Positions 52,598 to 64,000 of a DNA stretch of 64,000 nt are shown here, in pieces. The notes under the pieces were generated by a model that was given only the letters and a program-made list of their open reading frames with translations, did not search any database and was not told where the DNA came from. The stretch spans positions 186,001-250,000 of the forward strand of contig RHPI01000193.1 of assembly GCA_009103225.1 (NCBI GenBank), in the 5' to 3' direction. Positions within the stretch are counted from its first letter, which is position 1; each line of letters begins with the position of its first letter. Both the position numbers and the translations under genes were made by a program. This DNA comes from Chlorokybus atmophyticus. Its lineage: Eukaryota > Plantae > Mesostigma and Chlorokybus algae.

Positions 52598-53130
52598 TGT
52601 AACGGAAAGCCACATCAAGCTACCCCAAATTGGTCATAAAAGCATCAAGTCTTTTGTGGTCGAGTGGGCTGTGACATTGGTCATCGGAGCTTGAGACCCG
52701 GGTTTAATTCCTGCCTTGCACACAAAATTCGTGGTCGTTGTTTCTCGATCCAATAACATCGTAAATGGTCACTTTATAAGTGCCATCATCGATGGGTCGC
52801 GACTTGCCTAATGGCAATCGCGCCGAACTGACCAGTTCAGTCGGCGCGGCAGGGTGCGACCTGCCTATCGCGGCGACGCGACCTGTGGGGCCGGCAGCGG
52901 TGCGCTATGCGCGCGTTGACCGGTATAGACCTAAATTTGCCGGTCCTTGGGCGGTGGGGCCGGTGACCGACCCTAATCGGACCCCTGATATGAGTCCCCT
53001 GCTGATGCAAGCCAGCTGCCGAGGACGTTAGCGTTCTTATGTGGGAGGGAATGTAACGGGATGGTACATTAAAATACCACAAATCGACCATAAAAGCACC
53101 AAGTCTTTTGTGGTCGAGTGGGCTGTGACA
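52598..53130 (+). mobile_element. TRIM-like miniature LTR retrotransposon, 533 bp, with 79-bp LTRs
   Basis: LTR1 52598-52676 and LTR2 53052-53130: both 79 bp, TGTAAC...GTGACA, 67/79 identical. PBS-like TTGGTCATCGGAGC directly after LTR1; PPT GGGAGGGAA directly before LTR2. No TSD visible. Confidence 0.82.
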
Positions 53131-53528
53131 TTCTTCGGCAGCGCTGTCCAGCTGCCGAGGACGTCAGCGTTTTGACATTGGGGGGAATGTAACGGGAAGG
53201 TACATCAAATTACCACAAATCGACCATAAGAGCACCAAGTCTTTTATGGTCGAGTGGGCTGAGAAGAAGAATGTCACAACCCACTCGACCACAAAAGACT
53301 TCGTGCTTTTATGGTCGATTTGTGGTAATTTGATGTACCATCCCGTTACATTCCCTCCCACTTAAGAACGCTAACGTCCTCGGCAGCTGGCTCCCATAAG
53401 CTGGGGAATCATCCCAGGGGTCCGATTAGCGTCGGTCACCGGTCCCACCACCCAAGGACCGGCAAATTTAGGTCCATACCGGTCAACGCGCGCATAGCGC
53501 ACCGCTGCCGGCCCCACAGGTCGCGTCG
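52874..53528. repeat. Long inverted repeat (263-bp arms, 129-bp spacer) built from TRIM 3' halves
   Basis: Arm 1 52874-53136, arm 2 53266-53528. The spacer holds a third PPT plus LTR (53188-53262); arm 2 holds an inverted LTR (53272-53350). Confidence 0.92.
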
Positions 53529-54982
53529 AGAAGCATTGCAAGGACCTTGATGCTGTCGATGATACAAAAACTCATACAACATGAGTGACCATAAGCCTAA
53601 CATAACCAATCATGACATGAGAGTGTCGGAAGTGCGTCTCAGGCAAATCATTCCGCAACAGCTTCCTTTGTGTGCCCCTTAATCACGTGACCACGCTCTC
53701 TGCCGCGTGCGGCCCTAACCTCCGCAATAGGCCGAGCTGTACGGCAATCACACGCATCGCATGATTGGCATCACTTAGGCTCGTGCGCCGGTTAGAGCCC
53801 CTCCTGTTAAGAATACTCCGCCCTCTGACCTTGGTTGCTGGTACGTAACTCAACCAGCTACCTCGCCCGCAGCAGTGCAGTTACAGGATGAAATGGAGGT
53901 AGAATCACGTTAAATGCTTCTCCCGTGTACGTGCCCTGAGTCCGACATTGTGCCGCGTGGGATTAGAGTACAACAGTCGCATAAAGGTAGGGTTACAGGC
54001 GTAGCACGCACCGCGGCCGGATACCTTTTATGCAACACGTGCGCGAGGCCCTTGCATGCTACAACGCGACACGGCTCATGCACCTACACCGCCCAAAACG
54101 GAAATCGCAGGCTGAGAGCCTGGGTTCGTGGTTTCACCTAAACCTACAGGTCATATTGCCTATTGCAACCAGTCATAGGCTTTCCATAAAGCAATGCACT
54201 ACCCGCCCATGCTTCGGACATGTCCGTGCTGTGCCTTTGTGAGTCAAGGCAATCCAATCTGTTGCACACGTAGCTTTTTGGCCTACAAGAACAGTACTGC
54301 TGTCCGTGTCTCTGTAACAGAGACTGTAGCGTGCCAGAACTAGCTACAGGCTAGGGCCAAAACCGCGGATCCCATGAAACCGCAGCAGGTTTCGTTGACA
54401 TTCCCACGAAAAACTGGTCTTGCTAATGTTTTGCCCCTGCTGCGTGCATGCATGCGTGTCGTGAAGCATGCTTGCCTGTGCGTGCGATTTCCAGTGAAAC
54501 CTCAGCTGAGCGCAGTTTGCTCAAACTTCACTGCGAGCTTTAAGCAGCAGCAAAGAGCAGGCTTAGAGCTAATGCAGCAGTAGGCTTACTGCTTGGCTGC
54601 TGGAGTGCTTGGCTTGGTTGCTAAGCTTAGCTTGGAGCCTAGCAAGGTCAGTTGCTGGGTTGCTGAACAGGCGGCGGCGGAGGAGCGAGGCTTGTGAGCC
54701 TGTGTGGCGTGCTCTGCTGTTGTTAGTATTGTCTCGTGTGAAGGCACACTTATGGTTGTGAGTTTTGCTGTGTGCTTGTGCTGAGCTTGCTGGTGGAGCT
54801 GGTAAGGTGCTTCTTGCAGAGGCGGACGCAGTGGTTGCAAGCATGGGTGTGCTTTGCCTTTGCTAGCTGTTGGCTGTATTGAGCACGTTTCTGTGCTAGA
54901 CTAGCAGTTGTAGTGTTAGCTGCTGGAGAGACGAGGCTTGCGTTGGGTGGGCGGTCAGGCCGTTGCCAACCTCCTCGTGGGC

Positions 54983-57900
54983 ATGGGCCTCCGCGGGGAC
55001 GTCTTCACGGACGACTTCCTCGACGGCGATGTGGCTCTGCAGGACATGCTGAACTATATTGAGCGTGGGGTACGTAACTCAATCACCCAGCTTGGCTTTC
55101 AGGACTTGCCTCACACACGAGAAGCGCACGGACAGCGCAATGCTTGTGCGTGTTTGCATGCTGGTTTGAAAGTCCAGTCTACGCCTACTTAGCTGTAGCT
55201 GTACGTAGCCACTTTCATCATTGCCTTGGACTTTTGTAGCACTCGAGATTTTATGATAACAGCTTGATTACTGAGGGCAGCACTCATGGCTTAGCTTGCT
55301 ATTCAAGCCATTTTTGGAAAGAGGTGTCTCAAGTTGTGTTGCTGGAAAGGGCGTTTATGTAGCAATGCAGCCGTGCTGCTGTTTGCGTGAGTGTGCGTGT
55401 TTCGTGTGTGCACACACGGTTGTACACAGTGTGAGCCAGTATTCATCATAAGTACCTTCATTGCGTCCGCAATGTGTGTCAAACATAGCCACATGCACGG
55501 ACAGGTGCTGATGTGACAGCAGCTGAGCGTATGCTTCATAGCTAAGCGTCAAGCTCTGGACACCTACAATGCGTCTTGTCACTAGTATGGTTGCGGGTTA
55601 TGGGACAGTTTGAGACGCGTTTCTGCTTTGGTTATACTATCAGCTGGCGACCGTTTTGCCTTCAAACGGTCGCCAGCTGATAGTATACAGTACGCTGACG
55701 AAGTACAGCTGTACTGCATGCATGTATTAACAGGGCTTGCCTACAGCTGAGTACAGTTGTCCTGGTTTCTTGCGGCTCGTGCGTGACGTCAGAAGTTCAG
55801 CTCAACACCATGGCTATAGCCCTCTGACTCATGCACATAGTTTACTCCGCTGCAAGTGCACATGTGCGCAGCTTTTCAGTGCTAGTGTCAAGCTGAGGCA
55901 CGGGTCAGCAGCTATGACGCTGGAGTCATGGGTGGGTTTGCTTGACTTGGCTTCTCTGTGGGATGAGCAGGATGGACGCACTGACGATCTCAGCTCAAAC
56001 CCACTCTCTGCTGTTCTGCGTGGAGTTGCTGGGCTCAACAGCACCAGCAGCATCACCACCGCCGCCAACATCAACAACAACCACAACAACCACAACAACA
56101 ACAGTGGCTTGGTGCTTCCTTCCATCTCTGCATCCCCCTCCACCGTCATCAACATGCCCTCTTTGCCCCTCTTGGAAACCCGCAACCATCAACAAGGTCC
56201 GTACACTCTGGTCTCAATCGTTACGATTGATATGTATAACACAGCTGACTTACTGATAAAAGTTTTGCAATAAGACTTGTCAAGTACCACTAACATGTGG
56301 CTGTCTGCAGTGCATATTGTGCCTGCACCGTTCAGCACGCAAGTCACACTGAAGCAAGAGACAGTGCAGGTACACAAGTCTAGCTACCAACATGTGCTTG
56401 TAAGAACTCGTTGTCGTAGAAACTTCTCAGGTGCACTGTTGCAGCCTCTGATGGAAGTGTTGCTTGCAGTACCTCCCTGAGCGGAGCCATAACCAACTGT
56501 TTGAGAACTGGCCTGTGGCAAAAAGTGAGCAGACAGCCACTTCCAACATAGACTCTGTCCAAACACCGACTGCTGGTGAGCACTAACCTCTCATTTAAGT
56601 GTCATGCACTTCAGTATGGAGACTTACAACTGGCATGGCTGATGAAGCAACAGAGTAACAATGATTTTGCCATCTGCTACAGGCTCTTCCAAGACAAAGA
56701 GAGGGAAGAAGCGCGCACTCTCCACATTGCAACCTTTGGTACGCATTCACTGCTGCATGCAACATATCTTGATGTACGTCCTGCATGTGCCCGTTTCATA
56801 GCCATAGCAACAGTCTATAGACCAGCTTCAAGCACAGTCCTGTTGTTGGTGACATGAGTCAGTCAGTTAACTGTGTGTTGCCAACAGTTTGTGACTGTTA
56901 CTGTTGGCAACCAAACTGTTCCTAAGCTTGCTGCGCTCTGCATTTAGCGCAACAAGCTTGCACATGTCGTTGCCCCAAGCATGCTTTGCCGCCACACACA
57001 TCTTCTCTTTGTCAAAAGCAGCGAGCGGTACAACATGCAAACCCAACTCATACTCCGCCCCCCGCCCCCGCCCCCGCACTCACACTCGCATTCCCACCCG
57101 TCCAGCGAGTCAACAACAATGCAGTTGCATCTGCTTCAATCGCTGCAACTCGGCCGCCCGGTCACACTGCGCCCGTGCGTCGTGTGCGCGTGCGCCAAGC
57201 TAGGGAGACCGCCGAAGCCGAACGGGTAATGACAAACAAGTCATATGTGCACGTGCGTGCGTGCATGCGTGCGTGCGTGGTCATATGATTCCAATTTTCT
57301 TCAAGTCTTCCACCAAATTCCAAACCAACCGGTAACTAGGATATAGTATAGGCGGCCCGTTCGAGCATTTTCCCTGTTGTTCTGTCCAGTTGCGTCTGTT
57401 GTACACACACAGTCTATTTGCCAGCTGTAGTGAGTCTCCTACTTCTGGGCGAGTGCGTGAGTGGTATTAGATGCAGGGTTTCATGCAATCCTATTACCCT
57501 CAAGTACCCTCCAAGCTAAGTCGAAGCGGCGCATGTATTCAAGTTACAAATGACAGTGCTGCGGCCGATCGGGTAAGTTGGCCCCTTTTGCAACAACACA
57601 TACACACTTTTTGCGCGCGCTTAACTTCGCGCCCGCCTCGCTACGCGTGTATCATCATCGCCATCCACCTGGATGGCCACGCCTCCGCCCTACGCTTGTG
57701 ATGTTGTCCCCATCTGTTTACCATTGTATGATGTTTGTGTTGGAGGATCTGCGGCTGTCATTTGCATCCTGCTGTGCGACTCACTCACACAACCCACGGC
57801 GCTGCAGAAGAGGCGCACGCGCATGAACGAGCGGTTTGAGAAGTTGCGGCATCTTGTCCCCAACGGCAGCAAGGTATGTTGATGTGTGACTCATGCAGAG

Positions 57901-59018
57901 ATGATTAATGCTTGTTGTGTTGGCTAACAGCGAACACCTCACGCTCTGCAGCAATCCAAGGCAGCAGTGCTGGGAGCAGTCATCGAGTACGTGAGGCAAT
58001 TGCAAAAGCTATCTGCAACGGTATGTTGTCATATGCATTCATCAAGAGTTGCCAAACATCATTAACTTCACACTTCTGACCTGTGTGTGCGCTCTCAGCT
58101 TGATAAGCGTGACGTTGCGGAGCCCAACAGTCCGTGCAGCGGCGAGTCCTCAGACACACCCTCAGACTCAGTGCGTATCTATAACCACATAACCAACACC
58201 ACTGCATTGCACCAATTGTTGCTGATGTGTTTGTGCATCATAATGTCAAACAGGTGTCGAGACCCAACTCGGATGGCGAGTGTGGACACGAGCGGATGCG
58301 TCGCACCGACAGCATGGTGTCCTTTACAGAAGACATTCTGCCAACCGGAGAAGAGGTCCACATACGTGACAAGGGTGACAAAGTGCTCATTGGGGTAAGC
58401 ATGTTGCTGATCACAAGCACATTATACGTATTACTTGTTATGCTGTATGACTTTACTCAATGCCACTCACTCTGGTTTTCTGTACCATCATCAGATACAC
58501 TGCAAGAACAGGCGCGGGCTCTCGCATGACATCCTACAAGTCATGCACGACCTTCATCTGCAGGTACAAGTTGTTATGCACAATGACAGAGAATCCAAGC
58601 AAACCACCACGTGATTGTTAGTGACACCGTTTTGCTATGTAACTACAGGTGCTGCATGGCCACATGAAGACTCAAGACGACATGCTGCAGCACTCCTTCT
58701 ATGTCAAGGTACATTGCAAGTGTTGACACTGAGCACTCACACACATAGCAACATACACACATGCACGCGCACACGCACACATGCAAGCCAACAACATCTC
58801 CTGCGCAGGTGACACAGGGCGAGTTGTCGCATGAAGACATGCAGAAGGCCCTCGACGCCGTGGTGAAGTTCGACGCGATGCACGCCAAGAGCGATGCTAA
58901 AGAGAGCAAAGCTAGCTCTCCCAAACACGCCACTACGTGCGCCAACACTGCCACGGCAATGGCACAGACCCAAAGCATCTGCGCAACGCTGTCCGGCAAC
59001 ACCACCGCATGTGCATAA
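54983..59018 (+). CDS. bHLH transcription factor with a C-terminal ACT-like domain; about 11 exons, start and first junction uncertain
   Basis: RETAEAER|KRRTRMNERFEKLRHLVPNGSK|QSKAAVLGAVIEYVRQLQ. ACT-like VHIRDKGDKVLIG|IHCKNRRGLSHDILQVMHDLHLQ|VLHGHM..SFYVK. Poly-Asn exon at 55.9-56.2 kb; stop at 59018. Confidence 0.9.
55633..55687. repeat. Perfect 24-bp-stem hairpin with a 7-nt loop in bHLH intron 1
   Basis: TATACTATCAGCTGGCGACCGTTT-TGCCTTC-AAACGGTCGCCAGCTGATAGTATA. Confidence 0.95.
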
Positions 59019-60428
59019 GGACATACACATCAACATACACTGTGTTGGCTGCTTCTCCCTTCCTACCCTGCTATGAAGAAGAAAAGGGCCAGGCTACAGT
59101 ATCAATAAGAGGTGCTCTGTGCCTGGGGTTCATAACTTCCACCTTACGTGTGTTCGTTCTGGGAGACGTCGTGGAAGTTTACCATCACGTTGCGTGTAGA
59201 GTAGTACCATATGTTGTGACTTTCGTAGTGACGTTCTGTAGTATATTTATCATCTGGGGTGGGTTGTGATCAGCCCTGGTATAAGTCGATAGGCTACTCC
59301 TCGTAGTGCTATAAAGACGTAACTGGAATAAGTGTGGCTCGCACTGAGGGCATGTTCGTAGGTGGCAGTTTGCAGCTTGGCGGTACAGCTTGTAAGCGAG
59401 ACTAATAAGAAGCCAAGTATTTGTTGGGTTATGCCGATGTGTGTGCATGTGCGCGTGTGTGTGCCTGCATGACTGTGTCTGATTGCAACATTGTGTGCGC
59501 GTGTTTATAGGTTCATGCGTGTGTATGTCTTTGCAGCAATGCAGTAACGGATGTGTATGATGTTGTGAGAAATGGAATGGAAGCCAGAACTTCACTAACC
59601 TGTATCAAGGCTCGCAAACTATGTCACCGCGCAAAATCAGTTGATGCCGTATTTTGTGCCAATGGAAGCCACTAAGGGCAATAATTTCATCCGCGCGCAC
59701 AGCACACTCATTTAACGTGTGCCTCTTGCACTGGGCACCGGCAGTAGCATAGCCCGTAATGTGTACAGGTAACTTGATTGAATGTATGCCTAACGGGTTG
59801 GGGGCAGCTGACTTGTGTGCGTAGCCCGAAGGTGGTAAGTGCTGCTCTTGTGTCGTAGTGATGGTTAGTCATGCGGGTGTCATGCCTATCATGCTTGTCG
59901 CAAGCACCGCATTGCACTCTTTGTACACTGTACCGACAGTGCTTTGCTGTGATGTAAATGACCTACACATGCAACACCCAGTCACCAGGCACACAGTTGC
60001 GTACTGCTGACGTTGACACTGCAACCCTGGCAGCGTCAACAGCAGCAGGGGCGCAGACTGCCAAGAGAGAAGCAGGGCGGCGGGTGGAGAGAGAGCGAGA
60101 GAGCAGAGGGAGGGGGAGTCCGTCTGCTTTGTGCTGCTGCCACAACTACAGCCACACCGGTGCCTAACTGTGGGGACTCTACTTGTGTACAGGTAACTAC
60201 GCATGCATGTTGACTAACGGGGCAAGGGCTTAGCGAAAGTAGCTACCTAGTTTGTATAGGTAGCCCGGTGGTGTAAGAAGTTGTTTGCTGGCGTGTGCAA
60301 GTGTGCGTGTGTGTGTGCATGTCATGTTCACAATGCAATGGGGTCACATGCATAACATTGCATATATGTTACACACAGACCAACAGCTTACCAATAAGCG
60401 AGGCCACCATGCCGAGTGCGCGGCAGCG

Positions 60429-60669
<241 letters not shown>

Positions 60670-61966
60670 TTCGTGTCAACATTTTTATGCTTACATAGCA
60701 TGAGTGCTTGCGCACAAAGGTTGCTTTGAAGCTCGCATCGGACACATGCTTAATATGAAGGGAGGCGCGTCATGTATGTAATCATGTCTTCTAGCGCGAA
60801 GTTGGGGCAAGTTGGTTGAAATAATTGCGATACTACACTACATGGCCACCATATAAAGTTGTTAAACTGAATGCTATAAAAATGCATAAAGGCCCGCATA
60901 GCACCATTTGTTCATAAAGAAACTCTGCTTGCAAGCTTTCAGCAAAGAAGATTGCAAGAACGTAAGGCTTCAAAGGTTGGAGCATTGAGTATGAATTGCA
61001 CATATTCGCTATTTCCCTCGGGGGCATGCCTTCATGTCATATCAATAAATGCGCGCTATGTGGCATGCGTCAACAAATCATGTCATATGCTTATCCCACA
61101 TTCAACACGAGTAATACGATTGTCTTACGGAGCTTTACTTATTGTAGTGTAAGTTTGTAATAAGGCCTACTTTGCAAAGTACACAGCAGTTTTGATGTGC
61201 ATATCATATATAACGGATAACGTGGCGTATATGCGCATGCACTCATTAAATGATGCATTTGTTCATGACGAGGTTATAAAGGTTTACGCATTCGTTACTA
61301 GTTTGCTAAGTCATAATAGAGGTCTGCATTGTGTGCTTTCACGCATACCAACTTAATATATATCTTGAAAGTCCCTTTTGTTATATGCAAACTTCCGTGG
61401 CCATTTATGATTTTATATATGATTTTATGTATGTATATAAAATATTCTGTAATATAATGCCCCGCCATATGTATAATGTTGTATAGAACATAATATATTG
61501 CATATGTATATGTATATATGATTTTATAAGACGACCCAAAATACACGTTCTGCCACAGTGCCACATATATGACGTAATAACAATATGTATACACTGCCTC
61601 GAGTGGTAATCTTGGGCATTCATAAAGCGCCTCAGCAACTGCTAACAATGCTCACTTATCTTTGTGGGTTGTAGAAAAATGCAAAATGACAATTAACACG
61701 TACATGAAGTCCAGTAGGATGCATGTGAACTCACGACGTTAGGGTAGGTCAAGTAGGCCTCGACTTTCGAACAACGTTGCAACGCACACAGTGGGACCAA
61801 ACATCCATATCATCCACATCATCCAATCCCGCTGTTATCATGCGCATTGGCATTGAACCTGCTCCACCGTGCAGGAGCTCGGCCTTTTCTTGCATTGCCT
61901 CGGAGTGCTTTAAAGCATTGAAACACATTGCTCGTCGTCGTTGTCGTCGTCGGCGGCGGCGGCATC

Positions 61967-64000
61967 ATGCATTCGCCCATCTCCATGCCGCTACTGTCTC
62001 TGCTGCTGCTGCTTGCCGGCGCCGTCAGCAACGCGCTGGCGACTACGTGGGTCGTCGGACAGGTCAGCAGCCAGAGAGATAGAGTCACAGTCATGCTGGT
62101 CATGGTTTTGGTTACTATCATGGGTCATAGTCATGGTCATGGTCATGGTCATGGTCATACTTATGGTCATCGTCACAGCTAGACTTGTAGTCAAGGTTTA
62201 GATACTGTTACGGTACTTGCTAGTACTAGTCTTAGTTCCAGCCATAGTTCTAGCCATACTGATAGTCCTAGTCCTAGTCACAGTCGTTGACACAGTCTTA
62301 GTTACAGTCATCCGTCCTTCTTCACATGGCCATTGTAATGCTGCGTGTACGCACGTACGTATATGCATGTCTTTGTCTGTGGTGACCTCAAGTGCTTGTG
62401 TGCTGAGTGTGTGCTGCAAAGGGTGCTGGCGCCAGCGAGCAATGGGACTTTGGCGTGAATTTCGTCCAGTGGGCACGCGGGAAGACCTTCCATGACGGGG
62501 ACTCATTGGGTAAGCACCGCAACTGAAGTTGATATTGTACACACGCACATCCACACACACCCACATATGCAGTGTTCAAGTACCCTGCCTTCTCCCACGA
62601 CGTGTGGCGCTTCCCCTCCGCGTCCGCCTTCGCCGCATGCGACTTCACCAAAGCGCGACAGGTTGCAACGGTGCAAGCGGGGCAAGGAGGGGGATTTGTG
62701 TACCACTTGAATGAAGGAGGAGGTAAATGTGTGTGTGTGTGTGGGTGTGTGTGTTGGAGAGTTGTGTGGGGCAGAGTGTGTGATAAGATTGCTTGGTTGT
62801 AGGGAAGACGTACTGGTTTGGGTGCAGTTTGGAGTTTGGGGGCCACTGCCGGAACGGCTTGAAGGTATGTCATTCTCACCAACACGACACACAACTATGA
62901 ATAATGTGTGTTGATATGTGGGTCCGTCGCAAAGGATGACAGGCAGAAGTAAATATGACAACATCAGTTTTGCGACTAAGTGATGTGCAAGCTATGATGC
63001 CATAGTATGTACTATTGGATGCAAGTATACGCCATGATCTATGCATACGATGCAATGTGTTGCTAACAATAGTGTTATGACCAGTGCAATACAGCTTGTA
63101 ACAGTGCACCACAACAGGTTCAAGTGACAACAACCACAAACACAAGTCCCCCCCCGCCGGCGTGTAAAAGCCGTTGGAGCGGAGTTGTGGCAGGATTGGC
63201 TGTCGCCTTTGCGGGCGGCAACTTCGCCAATGGGGCTACAACTTACGGGTGAGAGAGAGGGCTGTGTATGTGTATTCCACTAAGACACGTCGCGTGCAGC
63301 TGGTTTCGCGTGTTGGTAAGAGTGCATGCATGCGCATGCACAAGCACACCCACATGCACACGCACGCACACTCGCTCAATTATGCAGGCACATGCACGTG
63401 GACGCGCAAGTGCACGAACACATACACATGGACACCTGCACACCTGCACTTGCATGGGTGGGCCCGCGCATGCACATACAGACAAACGTCGGTCTGCATG
63501 TGTGTGCATGCATGCATGCATGTGTCATACGCATATATGTTCAGATGTGTATACACGCGTACATGTGCATACTTACATATATGTGTGTTCGTAGCTTCAC
63601 AGTCACTGCACGCAGCCTGAAGTACTTCGCCATACAGGTGATTCTATTGCATGTAACTCCTACACATGTCTACCGCTTCCACCGTTTTCCTTCTGACCCT
63701 TGTCTCCTCACAATTCCCATTACAGTTCCCGCCAACTTCATGCAATGTCCAAGTGGTGAGGTACGGTCCGCGCCCCTCTGGCCGGCCTTCCCCAGGAAGC
63801 ATCAAAGTCATCGGCGGGTATCGCTATTTCATGTGGAACTACGGTTGGACTGACTCGGGCCACACGCGATCCGTCACATACCAGGCAATGACGCTGTGTG
63901 TGTGCGTGCGCACGTGCGTGTATGCGTGTTTGCGCATATTTGTGCATGTGTGCGCAATGGCGAAGTGGAAAGTTCATGGCATGGTGCTGCTGCTCAAGCA
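61967..64000 (+). CDS. Secreted phytocyanin (plastocyanin-like blue copper) protein with an additional C-terminal region; continues beyond the window
   Basis: Signal peptide MHSPISMPLLSLLLLLAGAVSNALA-TTWVVG|..WDFGVNFVQWARGKTFHDGDSL|VFKYPAFSHDVW..FAACDF..|GKTYWFGCSLEFGGHCRNGLK|VQVT. Exons 61967-62062, 62422-62509, 62573-62722, 62803-62864, about 63118-63248, and probably further small exons. Confidence 0.88.
62080..62310. repeat. Degenerate hexamer microsatellite (GGTCAT/AGTCCT) in phytocyanin intron 1
   Basis: GGTCATAGTCATGGTCATGGTCATGGTCATGGTCAT and GTCCTAGTCCTAGTCAC tracts. Confidence 0.7.

Noticed and set aside
52645-52723. tRNA gene or SINE head
   Set aside because: No acceptor or anticodon stems could be formed. 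The LTR-PBS structure explains the sequence better; the A/B-box resemblance is kept only as a hypothesis.
53530-54560. Possible LTR or retroelement relic downstream of the fold-back
   Set aside because: No termini, repeats or protein motifs could be identified.

Overview
Eukaryotic, intron-rich genomic DNA, most likely from a green-lineage organism. The gene set (CRR1-like, phytocyanin, bHLH-ACT, plant-type CENP-O) suggests an early-diverging streptophyte alga, but the species cannot be identified from sequence alone. Exons were assembled by hand from translated motifs and GT-AG junctions. Host genes: CRR1/DapB-like (15.5-18.9 kb, +), CENP-O (19.5-22.9 kb, -), RraA-like aldolase (23.5-24.5 kb, +), a damaged ATPase_2-type P-loop gene (25.6-28.7 kb), a Ure2p/YfcG-type GST 3' fragment split by a Tc1-like MITE (30.4-31.1 kb), a Fringe/GT31 glycosyltransferase with a second fucosyltransferase-like domain (46.1-50.2 kb), a bHLH-ACT transcription factor (55.0-59.0 kb) and a secreted phytocyanin running off the right end. 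Roughly half the window is nested transposons: two copies of one Ty3/gypsy chromovirus, an older gypsy, a CRE-clade non-LTR retrotransposon interrupted by a 1.5-kb CACTG element, CACTA/EnSpm transposase relics and minisatellites. The best novelty candidate is a 533-bp TRIM-like mini LTR retroelement with 79-bp LTRs, present as a four-LTR cluster that folds into a 655-bp inverted repeat (52.6-53.5 kb). Poly-C/poly-G runs and N gaps are treated as assembly artefacts. No database searches were run, so family assignments rest on recalled motif consensus.
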